From: Mobula hypostoma
Lineage: Eukaryota
NCBI RefSeq assembly: GCF_963921235.1
Contig: NC_086097.1
Coordinates: forward strand, 26,972,001-27,036,000
Direction of reading: 5' to 3'
Length of the DNA: 64,000 bases
Part shown: in pieces, positions 62,531 through 64,000 of the stretch
Numbering within the stretch: the first letter of the stretch is position 1
How the letters are laid out: every line of letters begins with the position of its first letter
The notes under the pieces: model-generated
Told to the model about the DNA's origin: nothing
Databases searched by the model: none
Seen by the model: the letters and a program-made list of their open reading frames with translations, nothing else
Program-made: the position numbers and the translations under genes

Positions 62531-64000
62531 AATGGAGATGGAGAAAATGACAGAAGGGGAGAGAGTAATTGTAACCAACTAATATCATTGGTGTGGTTTT
62601 GTAGAGTTGTACTGCATGGAAATGGCTTTTAATCCATGTCAACTGTTTTGCCTTTTTATGCTAGTCCCATTTGCTTGTGTTTGGCTCATATAAATATTTC
62701 TGTCTTTCAAACGCTGTAATTGTAGTTGCCTCTACTGCTTCCTCTGGTAGATTATTCCATGTACCTATTATCTTTTGTGTGGAAAAATTGTCCCTTATAA
62801 TGTCTTCAAAGTTTTCATCTCTCACCCTAAACCTACATTCTCCAGTTTCAAACTCTCCACCCCTGGGGAAAAAGACTATCTACCTTGTGTTTGCCCCCTC
62901 ATAATTCCATAAGCCTCCCTATGGTCACCCCGCAGTCTCCTTTACTTTAGGGAAAACAATCTAACCTGTACAGTACATTGACATTTCATTTCCTTGATGT
63001 TACTTTGTGAAACAAGTGGCATATTTAATACAAGAAAACCAGTGTTATTAATGTGTTGGTACAAGAGGCAGATCAATGTTTAATGTGCTCCAGTGTTTTA
63101 AGTTGCTGTGGCTGAGTCCCGTTACTTTCGTTGGGTCATAGTTTATTTTGTAATATAATTTTTATATAATTATTCTTATTATTGAAGCTTGTTTTTGTCG
63201 AGTCTTGCACCAACACCACAGCAAATTCCTAATACACAGAACTGTTCGTGGTGAATGGAGCTGATCGTTGATTGTAGATTTCCAACACAGAAACAGGCTT
63301 TTCAGCCCAACTGGTCCCATGCCAACCACGATCGCCATCTAAGCCAGTCCCATTTGCCTGCATTTGGCCCTTCTCCGTCTAAACCTCTACTATCCATGGA
63401 CCTGTCTATCTTTTAAATGTCCACAGCTCACTAGCCCTAACCTGTATGTTGAAGAAATAGTACATTTTCAGCAGAAAGTTGCCTTAAATGCCCCTAATGT
63501 ATCTGCCTTTACCAACAAGTACTGAGGAAGAAGTGCTGGACTGCTAGATATGCCATCTTTTGGAAGAGTCATTGCAGAGATGTTAAAGTTCCTCTGGAGT
63601 TATTCTGAATGAGGGTAACTTCCTCCTTCAGTAATGACTAATGTTCCTCTGATCAATACATCATATCACTGCTTGCTGGAAAGTGCTATGTGCACCTTGG
63701 CTACTCCGTTCACTATAGTACAATTGTGACTGCTCTTTGATAAATACAGTGAAGTACTTTGCTGTGTTTTCTATTATAAGAATAATCCTTGCTTTAGGGG
63801 AATGTTGTGCACAAAAAAAAACTAAATGTTATACAGATTTGAAACTTTAGAGAAGGGATCATAGGAGTGTATCAAACAAAAATTAACATTGTTACATCAA
63901 GTGGTAATGTAGACCAAGTAGGTTTGTTTAAGCAATGTTCTTATAGGAGCAGAATTGGCAGAGAAATCCTTTCTAACTGATCAGAATTTTTATTTTGATA

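Overview
This is vertebrate genomic DNA, most likely from a cartilaginous fish (ray or shark). That is inferred from the HE1/V-type SINEs, the dense CR1, Rex-Babar and Penelope content, and the protein sequence. One clear host coding exon is present: the terminal exon of the THIK-subfamily two-pore K+ channel KCNK13 (20352-21238, +), so 1-20351 is probably intron. A CpG-rich promoter-like island near 61.0-61.3 kb ends in ATG|GTAAGT, a candidate ATG-only first exon (possibly PSMC1, from recalled synteny). Most of the rest is decayed, heavily nested transposable elements: CR1, Rex/Babar and RTE LINEs, tRNA-derived SINEs, Tc1/mariner and hAT transposons, a degenerate Ty3/Gypsy chromovirus, solo LTRs and tandem repeats. 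The most notable structure is a family of short (130-250 bp), often fold-back Penelope-derived insertions. They carry minimal type-I hammerhead ribozyme motifs, and several have 10-14 bp target-site duplications (TSDs). All family assignments come from reading motifs by eye; no searches were run.
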